A DNA stretch of 64,000 nucleotides, taken from the IMG/VR virus record IMGVR_UViG_3300032244_000223, positions 43,197-107,196 of that record, one strand, 5' to 3'. The notes beneath the pieces are model-generated. The model searched no databases. It worked only from the letters and a program-made list of their open reading frames with translations, and was not told the DNA's origin. Positions 39,401-47,829 of the stretch are shown piece after piece (positions within the stretch are counted from its first letter, which is position 1; every line of letters starts with the position of its first letter). The translations under genes and the position numbers were made by a program. This DNA is from a virus. Lineage: Duplodnaviria; Caudoviricetes.

Positions 39401-40540
39401 GTGGTCGGACGCCAGCGTCCACTCTTCGAACAGCAGGTTCTCCCGCAGGCCCCAGTCAGCCACCTGCGCCCCGTAGTCCTTCGGGTAGTAGGCCACGGCA
39501 ACTCGGGCGATGCCGGTGCCCTTGGCGAGCAACTGGAACGTCAGGTTCCGCTTGAGCGGGTAGAACGCCGCCGACCGGATGTACAGGCGCGAGTCGTGGT
39601 CGTACTGCGGGAGCGTGGGGGACCACGTGGTCTTGCCAGCGAAGCCGACCCAGTCGGAGGACCCAGCGGTCCCAGCCTGGCGCACCAACGGAAGGTCAGC
39701 GTTGGTCTGCCAGAACCCGGCGAAGTCGGGCTTGGGGGTGATGGCGGCATCGAAGGCGGTACCGAATGCCTGCGAGGACGGGGCCTTGGGAGCGTTGGCG
39801 GCAGCGTTGGAGATGCGGACCTGGGCGTTCAGGGCGGTGCCCACGCCACGTCCCACCTGCGGCGGGACGTACTCAGCGATCTTGGCGGCGTGTTCGAACG
39901 AGGGGTTGGCGATGTAGTTGACTCGCTGGGGCATCAGCCACACGTGCTGGAGCCGGGTCGATTCGAACTTCGGCGGGCCGTGCCACAGGACGGAGGTGCC
40001 TTCTGCTGCGGACGAGAACACGTCATGCGGAGAGGGGAGGGCCACGGAGACGGTCGACCACCCGAGAAACCACTTCTTCGTGGTGACGGTGTCGACCAGG
40101 GCGGTGATGGAGTCGCCGTTACGGAAGATCGGGTGACGAGCGAAGGGGGAGGTGGTGGCGAAGATGACCTGGGGGCCAGCCTCCACACCCAACTCGGTCC
40201 CGTCCACCAGCAGGGCCATGGCTTCCACCTGGGTGTCTGCGCTCAGGGTGAACGAGGTGGTGGGGTCGCCCAGCACGAGGTACTGGTTGACGCCGCTCGT
40301 GTAGATGGTGCAGTTGGCGTTGACCTGGCGGGTGTAACTGGGGTCAGACACCTCCTCCCAACCATCCATGGCGACCAGAGACTGCGGGGTCGTGACGTTC
40401 TGGAACGAGAATCGGGTGTCGGGGGACAGCATTTGCGGGGAGCGTGCCAGCAACATGATGGTCACGTCCACCGGCCCCGTGGTGATGGGTGCGGTGGCGG
40501 TCACAGCGTCAGCGAGTTGGTTCGTCCAGAAGAAGCCCAT
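36440..40540 (-). CDS. minor tail / baseplate-attached protein with Ala-rich repeats and FN3 domains
   Basis: RVNYIANPSFE, YFDGD, GLDENISYSYGVR, FTGLAYSTSYTVTV. Confidence 0.85.
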   Translation of the reverse strand: MGFFWTNQLADAVTATAPITTGPVDVTIMLLARSPQMLSPDTRFSFQNVTTPQSLVAMDGWEEVSDPSYTRQVNANCTIYTSGVNQYLVLGDPTTSFTLSADTQVEAMALLVDGTELGVEAGPQVIFATTSPFARHPIFRNGDSITALVDTVTTKKWFLGWSTVSVALPSPHDVFSSAAEGTSVLWHGPPKFESTRLQHVWLMPQRVNYIANPSFEHAAKIAEYVPPQVGRGVGTALNAQVRISNAAANAPKAPSSQAFGTAFDAAITPKPDFAGFWQTNADLPLVRQAGTAGSSDWVGFAGKTTWSPTLPQYDHDSRLYIRSAAFYPLKRNLTFQLLAKGTGIARVAVAYYPKDYGAQVADWGLRENLLFEEWTLASDHFTNIRGLRFTEDQCYEAALLIEVRGYLADPDDTGTYVPPSVAIDQCLIEEGELLDWTYFDGDTHFAATGDYSWYGGASQVGKSYSLWYNNRNAIAGRLFGRFVDDDSLYTNRDEQLDSLLSNWVPSGTAIVPHWDVLKPNDTQLLPQDRHPAPLSLDILPEDFLPFEIFSVSEASTTSAVLSVIGEGGSPVTRGFVYTESTGTVQPLTIEPRPWEAPGLRQYEIDALKAELYDLSKAQEITIDWGGIPAFSTNYLYLERGTGTSPQAFVTFTLVSSATAGYDESTGVAEDATVDVSPRVLAAAATGTASNAVVTVSAAASAATASSEVFSPGTNATTRAPETAAATGAGQNGTLDFTYRIEANAAAATGAGSNAATNASTTATDAAATGTASDASALLEKFVPADAATASSAATTSTTTVDTTANAAAASGAAPNPTVSMGALAEAAAAVGSASDLVDETVEETVGAASATGVAYNVEVSESLTTVTTGLGTGGGLDASCDITSAVSGLIATSVTSTTATIDWTDAVVTFPAASGARYEVQVGTWTGPDANGDYTPLSTTAVGYATGTDSFINVSGLDENISYSYGVRTHNANGVLSAWKVVTFTASNANPTFTGPSLSVASLTTINVSWTTTETDIASWDVACTGQTTQTGLASGTRSTSFTGLAYSTSYTVTVTTVDSGGLTTSQNASITTGANPDVTAPQNPTLVSFQPETSYGRMVFRWTYPADTDLTTMVIQRSTNGTTWVQDGAAINAIGLEGTAGSRAINGGTAYTSGQTVYVRTIVYDNANGNTGGGTLGNSRTSGTLSTYTLIAAQVFVAATGISSWRNTSGGQWNAAGNSRAYQGYFSDPNWNYRGFYFYSNGISAYYNSGRRTCTSMRQLLIRAGDTGSSAAHTAVMALHKTVSRPADATGVASPALFGSQTSTGLSLGFSASSYWTLPTAWRDGLLDGTYEGLLHYDSSSPVYAAYASLAENGFSGLIEINTLG

Positions 40541-42468
40541 CAGCCGCCGATCACCTTTCCAGAGGCGACACCGATCAGTTCATCCGTGCCCAGGGTCAGG
40601 TAGTAGTCGGGGGCCAGCGGGGTGGCCGTGCCAGCGTCTCCAGCCTCGTAGAACATGCAGCCCATCACCTTGAAGTCGTCACCATTGTTGCGGTTCAGCA
40701 TGGAGATGTAGGGGATGCCGTACAGGGCGGTCGGCTCGGTGAGGCCGTAGACCACCAGTTCCTGCCAGCCCCCGGTGACCGGGACGTTGGTGAAGTCGTC
40801 GGCCAGCAGGAGTTGGTCACGGTCGTACCAGAGGATGCCCACGACAGCACTGGCGTGCGTGTTGAGGGCCTTGAACTGGCAGGTGAACCCGTAGCGCATG
40901 TTCGGCTCCACCGGGACCCCGTTGTTCTGCGGAGTCAGTTCAGTGCCGACCTCGTTGGTACCCAGTCCGCAGGTGAGCGTCACCGCATCGGTGCCGTAGT
41001 CGTCGGCCACCAGCACGTTCAGCACGTTGTGCCCCGAGTCGGGGGCGTAGTCGGAGGTAGTGATGCCGCTGGTGGCCGTGGCCACTGTCGACAGAACCTG
41101 GAACACCACATTGTGGCTGGGAATCCAGGTGCTCCCGGTCACACGGTTCCAGTCAGCAGCACTGGTCGAAAGGTAAGCCCCGTATGCGTGGCCCCGTGCG
41201 CCACCGATGTCGGCTGTTCGAGTCCCCAGAGCGTTCCGCTCGGCGTAGACCGACCCGGTCGTCGCAACGGATACCACGTTGGATGCGCTGACAGCGTACG
41301 TGACCGTGTTGGCGGCGGGAGTACCGACGACGGTGTAGGTCCCGTTGAACACGGCGTCCACGCCCTCCACCACGATGGTGTTCCCCGCAGAGAAGCCGTG
41401 GCTGGCAGTGGTCGTGAGGGTGGCCACGCCGCTGGTCAACGCCTTGTTGGACACCGTGAAGGTGGCGTGGGTGGCGGTGACCGATGCGTTGAAGGCACGG
41501 CCCAGCCCTTCTCCGACCCACTCATAGACAGGAACGGCATACCCGACCTCACTCAGCAGCCAGTTCCCGTGGCCGGTGATGAACTCCGAATCGTCGGGAA
41601 GGAGAAGCAGATTCCTTCCCGACGTGACGGTCGTCTCGTACTTGGACGATGCCTGCACGAGGCCGACGATGCCAGCGGAGGTGCCCCGCTGGTCGTAGAG
41701 GGTGTTGATCTGCGAGATCAAGGATCGGGTTCTGATCTCCCCCAGGCCATCGTCCTTGCCGATACCCAGGTTCAGGCCCACTTGGTACAGCAACGGCCAG
41801 GGGCTGTTGTCGAAGTGGTACACGTCCTGCCAGGACTCCACGTACTCCCTGGTCAGGTCCAATTCGAATCCGAACATGTGGAGGAACTGGTGGAGGTGCC
41901 CCTGCTCACCACGGAAGCGGCTGTCCACCCAGCGGTAGTACTCGGGGATGCTGTCCCACAGGTGATCAGCGTGGGAGAAGTTCCTGGGCGTCAGGGCCTC
42001 GGTGTACATCACCGGCTCCCATACGGTGGTATGGAAGAACAGCGTGTAGTAGTACCAGCGGCCCGGCTGGAGCACCGGGTCTTCGATGGTGATGGTCAGA
42101 GGGTTCCCGTCATCGTCGTAGAACTCGTAGTCAGCCTGCGTGGTGCGGAAGATCACGACCCCGTCGTTCACGGTGCTGGGGTGACCCATGCCCGACCGGA
42201 CGATGGCCACCTCCTCCCAAGCGGAGTAGGCGTCGGGCCAGGCCCACGACAGTTCGACCACGCCGTAGTCGACGGGGACCGCTGTCATGGACGACTTGAC
42301 GGCGATCTTGTCACTCGCCGTGTTCGTGGTGATGCTCTTGGCGTGGTACCGCAGGGCGTTCTGTCGGGTGGCAGGCATGCCACGCACGAAGTCACCGCCT
42401 GCACCGTCCTCGGTGATTCGCTGGACGGTGAACGCCGGGGGCGTCTCGGTATCCCAGACGTTGCTCAT
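40540..42468 (-). CDS. baseplate wedge protein (P2 gpI-like)
   Basis: IPEYYR...L.QFL..FGFELD...LY..RGT..GI; directly follows baseplate J. Confidence 0.8.
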   Translation of the reverse strand: MSNVWDTETPPAFTVQRITEDGAGGDFVRGMPATRQNALRYHAKSITTNTASDKIAVKSSMTAVPVDYGVVELSWAWPDAYSAWEEVAIVRSGMGHPSTVNDGVVIFRTTQADYEFYDDDGNPLTITIEDPVLQPGRWYYYTLFFHTTVWEPVMYTEALTPRNFSHADHLWDSIPEYYRWVDSRFRGEQGHLHQFLHMFGFELDLTREYVESWQDVYHFDNSPWPLLYQVGLNLGIGKDDGLGEIRTRSLISQINTLYDQRGTSAGIVGLVQASSKYETTVTSGRNLLLLPDDSEFITGHGNWLLSEVGYAVPVYEWVGEGLGRAFNASVTATHATFTVSNKALTSGVATLTTTASHGFSAGNTIVVEGVDAVFNGTYTVVGTPAANTVTYAVSASNVVSVATTGSVYAERNALGTRTADIGGARGHAYGAYLSTSAADWNRVTGSTWIPSHNVVFQVLSTVATATSGITTSDYAPDSGHNVLNVLVADDYGTDAVTLTCGLGTNEVGTELTPQNNGVPVEPNMRYGFTCQFKALNTHASAVVGILWYDRDQLLLADDFTNVPVTGGWQELVVYGLTEPTALYGIPYISMLNRNNGDDFKVMGCMFYEAGDAGTATPLAPDYYLTLGTDELIGVASGKVIGG

Positions 42469-44198
42469 CAGGTGCCGACCAAACCGCCGTCAGCCTTCAC
42501 CCACAGGCCATCGTGGCTGCGCTCGTCCAGCGTGAGGGTCGGCCAGTAGGTGGACGACTCCACGATGTAGTTGGCCCCGATGGGGGTGTCGGGGTACAGC
42601 ACCTGCGTGCCAGCGTCGGCTGCGGGGTACTGATAGATGCGGGGGATGTGCAGGTCGTCGGGGACGATGCCCTGCGTCTGAATCTTCCGCACGTCCTCGG
42701 TGATGTCCAGGTCGACCTCCACCGTGGTGTTGGAGGGGGCAGCCGGGTCCAGCCAGCGAATCTCAGCCCACTCCACGCCCTGCACTGCCAGGCAGGCTCG
42801 GTACACCTGGCCCAGCGAGATGCGCGTCCCGAAGTCGACGTTGTCGAAGGCGAACAGCGCACGAACTGCGGACTCCACGGTCTTGCGGACCTGGGTGCGG
42901 TTGTAGGCGGGCTGCACATGGACGGTGATACGCAGGTATGCGTTGAGCCAGAGGTCATCGACCGTCGAAGGCTCCGAGTAGACGTGAGTCCCGACCAGCA
43001 CCTTGTCGCTCAAGTGATCCTCGACAGCGGCGTTCAGTCGCTCCATGTAAGCGTCGTTTGCCGCACCGCCGACCGGAGCGACACGCACGTGGACAGCGGT
43101 GTACAGCGTTCCGTACGACACGGCCTTGGCCACGCCGGGGACCTGGAGGGCCAGGTCGGCGTAGTCATTGAGGGTGACGGCACGACTCTTGAGCCGACCG
43201 GAGGAGCGGGGGATGGAGAAACGCATCGACTCCACGGACTCGGGGTCGGCACCACCCACCGGAGGGGCACCGTTCGTCACGGTGATGCCGTACGTCTCCA
43301 CGCCAGTCGGGGGGACCAACACGGTGAGCGTGCCCAGAGCCAGGTCGTTGGCCGAGGCACCCACGCCGTAGCGGTAGGACACGAACAACTCGCTGCCATA
43401 GGGCGGGATGCGGCCCGAGGCATTGTCACCGAACACGATGAACGTGCGGCCCTCGTCGTCCAGGTAGGTGGTGAACGCCGACTGGGTGGGGCGTGCCAGG
43501 GCGATGTCCGAGACGGACGACCACCGGATGACGTTGCCGCCCTCACGACTGGTCACTTCCACCGTGCCCGAGATGACCCCGGTGCTGGGCACCATGTACG
43601 TGGCGTTCGGCGTCCCCTTGGAGTTGCCCAGGCCATCGCTGGACACGGTGACACCCTCGGTGGCGAACACTTCGACCGTCTGACCAGGGGTGATCGTGAA
43701 ATCGACATCGGTTTCGAAGATCGCTTGCGAGGCAGCGGTGTTCGTGCTGTTCGTAACCCTGGTTCCAGCCGGGATCGTGACGCTGTAATCCGCCGCTTCT
43801 GCGGGCGTCAGGCCCAGGGCGTTCTCCAACGAGGTGGCGTCGACCATCGTGAAGGTGAGGATGGCCGATGCGGCCTGCTGGCCGATGGGCTTGTAGCCCA
43901 GCATGTCAGCGATGTACAGCACACTCTGGCGGCGCACGGCGGTGCCCAGGAAGGCTTCGCTGGCGGTGCGGTCGATGTAGAAGTGCATCACGTCGCCCAT
44001 GTAGGCGAACAGTTCCAGCAGCAGGGTGCCGAAGTCACCCGACTCACCGGCAGTCTCCCACTCGGGCATGAAGCCCTTGGCGAGGCCGATCAACTGCGAC
44101 CGGATGGCGGCGAAGTCCCTGGAGGTGTAGTCCAGCACGACCCGGCTGCGGGTCTTGCGGTAATCCTCTGATGTGATGATGACGCCCGTGTCCGACAT
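42468..44198 (-). CDS. baseplate J-like wedge protein
   Basis: DYTSRDF...PEW...DFG..LLELFAY.GD, FGD...GRIP, GGADPES, RAVTL.DY. Confidence 0.93.
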   Translation of the reverse strand: MSDTGVIITSEDYRKTRSRVVLDYTSRDFAAIRSQLIGLAKGFMPEWETAGESGDFGTLLLELFAYMGDVMHFYIDRTASEAFLGTAVRRQSVLYIADMLGYKPIGQQAASAILTFTMVDATSLENALGLTPAEAADYSVTIPAGTRVTNSTNTAASQAIFETDVDFTITPGQTVEVFATEGVTVSSDGLGNSKGTPNATYMVPSTGVISGTVEVTSREGGNVIRWSSVSDIALARPTQSAFTTYLDDEGRTFIVFGDNASGRIPPYGSELFVSYRYGVGASANDLALGTLTVLVPPTGVETYGITVTNGAPPVGGADPESVESMRFSIPRSSGRLKSRAVTLNDYADLALQVPGVAKAVSYGTLYTAVHVRVAPVGGAANDAYMERLNAAVEDHLSDKVLVGTHVYSEPSTVDDLWLNAYLRITVHVQPAYNRTQVRKTVESAVRALFAFDNVDFGTRISLGQVYRACLAVQGVEWAEIRWLDPAAPSNTTVEVDLDITEDVRKIQTQGIVPDDLHIPRIYQYPAADAGTQVLYPDTPIGANYIVESSTYWPTLTLDERSHDGLWVKADGGLVGT

Positions 44199-44200
44199 GG

Positions 44201-44602
44201 CTACACCGCACTTCCTACGTTGCGCTGGATGAACTCGCTGCTCACGGGCACCTTCAACGTCTGATCACTCTGGTACACCGACGTGCGGTAGACCACCGAG
44301 ATGTAGATTACCCCAGGCTCGTCGTCGGGTGACTCAATGCGGATTGTTGACACAACGCAGCGGGGGACGTACCGCTGCAACTTCTCCTTGATGTACGTGG
44401 CGGCATCGGCCCGCACCAGTTCGTCGGAGGGGTCGAACAACGCAGCCTGGATGTCACAGCCGTAGTCGGCACGGAACACCCGGTCGCCCTGGTTGGTCAT
44501 CAGAGCGTCGATGACCTGGCCACGGACGATTTCGTCATAGGAAGAGGTGCCCTGCACGGTGCGACCGTTGGACACGGAGAACGGGAACTTGATCGCCTGC
44601 AT
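44201..44602 (-). CDS. baseplate gpW/gp25-like protein
   Basis: IKFPF...LMT.QGDRV.R.DYGC. Confidence 0.88.
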   Translation of the reverse strand: MQAIKFPFSVSNGRTVQGTSSYDEIVRGQVIDALMTNQGDRVFRADYGCDIQAALFDPSDELVRADAATYIKEKLQRYVPRCVVSTIRIESPDDEPGVIYISVVYRTSVYQSDQTLKVPVSSEFIQRNVGSAV

Positions 44603-45834
44603 CAGACTGCTACCTCCACGTAGGGTTCGGCCCAAGAGGACATCCACTTGTCGCTGCGGAGTGCCAGCGCAGGGCGGGCCTTGGGAGAGTTGCGCCAGAA
44701 GTGTTCGAACGAGGACTTGACCAGCGTGGGGATGCTGGCACCAGGGCGAACGAGGGCCAGTTCGGTGGCGAAGGCGTCACGCTTCATGGAGTGCTTGACG
44801 GACACCACCAGCCAGCGACCGTTGTACTTGGCAGTGGCCGACCGGGTGCCGGTGTTGATCTCCACGGTCACACCGGGGTAGATCGAAGCGTCGCCCTTGA
44901 TGCGGGCCGTGGCGTTCTGGAGCCAGCGGGACATGCTCTTGGCCGAGGCGTTGGAGTACAACTCTGCCTCTTGGCGGTTCTTCACCGGGGAGTTGTAGAA
45001 GGGGACGTGCTGCGGATTGGAGTCGGTGGTCGGCTGCTTGTGCGACACCACCGTGCCCGACCCATCGAAGAAGTAGAACACCTGGGGAGCCTTGCTGACC
45101 TGCTCTGCGGTCTGCTCCGTGGGCTTGAAGTCCATCAACTTCCGGTCGGACTCCAGCACGTCGTCGCTGCTCACGAGGCTGGTGAACGGATACATGCGGA
45201 ACAACTCGGCGGCATCAGCCAGGCGCACCACACCGTTCCAGTTGAAGACCAGGCATCCTGCCCAGTTCGCCAGCCCATTGATCAGTGACCAGTCCGTCTC
45301 GGTCGTGACCCCCAGGGAGGGCCACTGATACCCGACTATCGAATCGGAGACTGCCAGGTCGAAGCCCAGACCGGCTCGGTCCACGCACTTCTTCACCAAC
45401 TGGGGGATGGACACGTTCGTATAGAAGCGGCGGTTCACCTGTTGGAGGGCCAGCGTGGCCCCGACCATGGTGATGACGAAGTTGAGGCCCTGCTTGAACT
45501 GCTGGTCAGGGGTGATGCTCACGACGTAGCCGTAGAACTGCTCCACCTGCGGGGCGACGCCGTAGGTGAAGTTCACCGGCTGGCCGGGGAGGGACTGGGG
45601 CGACACGTCCCTGGTGCGGGAGAGGGCTGTGGGTTCGTCCACCGGGAGACGGAGGTTGCCGTCGAAGGTCAACTCACCCTGGATGAGGACCGACATGGAG
45701 ATGGCGTCGTGCGCCCCTGCCGACCGGGACACCGTCACTTCGCGCACCACAACGGGGAACAGTGCGCCGTTGATGAACAGCGCACGGATCGGGATGTTGA
45801 GGAACTGGGCATCGAAGGAGGCGTTGACGGCCAT
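44602..45834 (-). CDS. baseplate hub (gpD/gp27-like)
   Basis: FYGYV, ETDW.LI..LA...G, GDASIYPG.TV...Y.GRWLV..V.H. Confidence 0.85.
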   Translation of the reverse strand: MAVNASFDAQFLNIPIRALFINGALFPVVVREVTVSRSAGAHDAISMSVLIQGELTFDGNLRLPVDEPTALSRTRDVSPQSLPGQPVNFTYGVAPQVEQFYGYVVSITPDQQFKQGLNFVITMVGATLALQQVNRRFYTNVSIPQLVKKCVDRAGLGFDLAVSDSIVGYQWPSLGVTTETDWSLINGLANWAGCLVFNWNGVVRLADAAELFRMYPFTSLVSSDDVLESDRKLMDFKPTEQTAEQVSKAPQVFYFFDGSGTVVSHKQPTTDSNPQHVPFYNSPVKNRQEAELYSNASAKSMSRWLQNATARIKGDASIYPGVTVEINTGTRSATAKYNGRWLVVSVKHSMKRDAFATELALVRPGASIPTLVKSSFEHFWRNSPKARPALALRSDKWMSSWAEPYVEVAV

Positions 45835-45835
45835 G

Positions 45836-46168
45836 TCAGATGGGCACCTTCAAGGCGGTACCGGGAGTGAGGTCCAGGGGGTACCAGACGGCGGGGTTCG
45901 ACTCAGCGACCTTCCACCAGTTGCTGTGGGCCGAGGTCATCTTCCAGGCGATGAAGGACATCGACTCGCCGCTCTTGGCCATGTACTCCACCGGAGACAC
46001 CTGCGGCGGGGAGGGGGTCGTCAGGCGGAACAGCGTCTCGTGGGAGACGGTGCGAGCCACAGGGGTCGGCTCGTCGCCGTTGAGGTAGATGCGACCGAAC
46101 TCGTCGTAGGTGTGGCCCACGGTGAAGGTCTTGGCGGCGTCCTGGTAGCGAGAATCGGGGGTGATCAT
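45836..46168 (-). CDS. LysM-like tail protein X
   Basis: SRY...GES...IA......WW.VAE.NP...L.PG..LKVP. Confidence 0.85.
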   Translation of the reverse strand: MITPDSRYQDAAKTFTVGHTYDEFGRIYLNGDEPTPVARTVSHETLFRLTTPSPPQVSPVEYMAKSGESMSFIAWKMTSAHSNWWKVAESNPAVWYPLDLTPGTALKVPI

Positions 46169-47829
46169 CAGTACGCCTTTCCTGCGTAGGGGTTGTTCGT
46201 GACCGTGGAGGCGTACGAGGTCGAACCCAGCGGGACGGGCCGGATGATGTGGGTGACCCCGCCATCGTTGAAGAACCCGGTCAGGGCACTGTGCCGCCAG
46301 CCCAGGTGGCCCTTCTTGCGACCACCGACCTGCGGGGACGATGAGGTGGAAGCGGCGTCGAACACTCGGAAGAACTTGCCGTCAGCGTCCTCCCACCCGA
46401 GGAAGAACTGCACGTGGCTGTTGGTGGTCCCGGCGATGCGCTTGTCTCGGATGAGCAGGTCACCAGGGAGCATCTTGTCCCGGTTGGCCTTGACCGAGAG
46501 CCAGGTAGTGGCCTGCGAGGCGGTGGCGGGACTCCACGACAGCAGCACCTCACCGGTTTTGTTCTTCAACATGGCGTCCAACATGGCCGTGACGTGGCTC
46601 GGGTAGGCATCACCCCAACCCATCTTCTTCGACTGGTTGATGCTGCGGTACGCCCACCACACCAACGAGGAGCAGTCGGCGTAGTGCAGGAACCCTGTCG
46701 GGTCGACACCGTTCCCCCGCCGAGAGCCAGGGTCGTACTGGGTGTAACCCTCCTTCACGTGCGTGATGGCCCACTGGAGGGCGTTGCTCCGCAGCACGCC
46801 GTTCGGTGAACTGGAGACGCCACCGGACCCATCCGCCGTGTTACCGGTGTTAGCCAGGCCGTACACGCCACCGAGGCCGGACTGAGCCAGGGGGTTGGCA
46901 CTCCCCAGGTAGGCCGTGATGTCGGTGATAGCACCATCGGCTGCCACCAGATCGGCGTAACTGAACGTGGGGCTGGCCGTCTCATCTGCCGACACGGTGT
47001 CGGTGGTGCTGGCCACCGTCGTCTCCATGGTGTACTCGGAGAAGGGACGCATGGGGCCGATGTAGACGACGCGCATCTCCAGGGCGATCCGCATGCGGAT
47101 GGGCGTCATGCGGCTGGAGAACTTCTCAAACACCACCTGGGCGTTGATCGGGCGACCCTGCACGGTCAACTGCGGACTGAACACCACGGTGATGTCCCTC
47201 GGGTTGACCATCATCACGCCGTTGTCGGGAATCTGGGTGCTCACCGAGTTGGGGTCCGAGGGGATGACGTTGCGGACCACGAGGTCGAAGAACTGGTAGT
47301 CAGCGAACACGCCAGGGTTGTTCGGGTTCATGGCCACTTCGTCCTGGCGGTCGAAGAAGAGGTCGAACCGGAAGTTCATGAACGACGGCGGGGCGACGAG
47401 GTTGCCCGATCCGTACACCGTGTTGAAGGGGTCCAGCGCAGCCTGGTCCAGGTACGAGACGTAGTCACGCACGATGGTTTCGGGGTTGTACATGAAGTAC
47501 AGGCGGCTCTTGCTGGTGGAGTCACTGGCTTCGTAGTTGGCACGACGGATGTACCCACGGACGATGCGCTGGTTGCCGTTCAAGCCAGGGATCAGGCGAC
47601 CGGCAGCACCCGTCGTGAAAGGGGGGTTAGCCTGCTGGCCGTTGATCTCATGGCTGTTCAGCCACTCGTAGGCCAACTTCTGCGTGAGTTGCTCGGGGGA
47701 CAGGGCGTTGTTGGTCGCCCAGTGAGCGGGGACATCCGACTGCGTACGAGGGGCTGCGCCTGAGAACCCGTAGGGAGCGGACACCAGGGCCACGTAGTTG
47801 TTGGTGTTGCCGTTGTTCGTGGTGGCCAT
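46168..47829 (-). CDS. tail tube initiator-like protein with C-terminal NlpC/P60 hydrolase
   Basis: FMYNP, LFFDR in the N-terminus; ADCSSLVWWAY...PGDLL...HVQF catalytic Cys/His. Confidence 0.8.
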   Translation of the reverse strand: MATTNNGNTNNYVALVSAPYGFSGAAPRTQSDVPAHWATNNALSPEQLTQKLAYEWLNSHEINGQQANPPFTTGAAGRLIPGLNGNQRIVRGYIRRANYEASDSTSKSRLYFMYNPETIVRDYVSYLDQAALDPFNTVYGSGNLVAPPSFMNFRFDLFFDRQDEVAMNPNNPGVFADYQFFDLVVRNVIPSDPNSVSTQIPDNGVMMVNPRDITVVFSPQLTVQGRPINAQVVFEKFSSRMTPIRMRIALEMRVVYIGPMRPFSEYTMETTVASTTDTVSADETASPTFSYADLVAADGAITDITAYLGSANPLAQSGLGGVYGLANTGNTADGSGGVSSSPNGVLRSNALQWAITHVKEGYTQYDPGSRRGNGVDPTGFLHYADCSSLVWWAYRSINQSKKMGWGDAYPSHVTAMLDAMLKNKTGEVLLSWSPATASQATTWLSVKANRDKMLPGDLLIRDKRIAGTTNSHVQFFLGWEDADGKFFRVFDAASTSSSPQVGGRKKGHLGWRHSALTGFFNDGGVTHIIRPVPLGSTSYASTVTNNPYAGKAY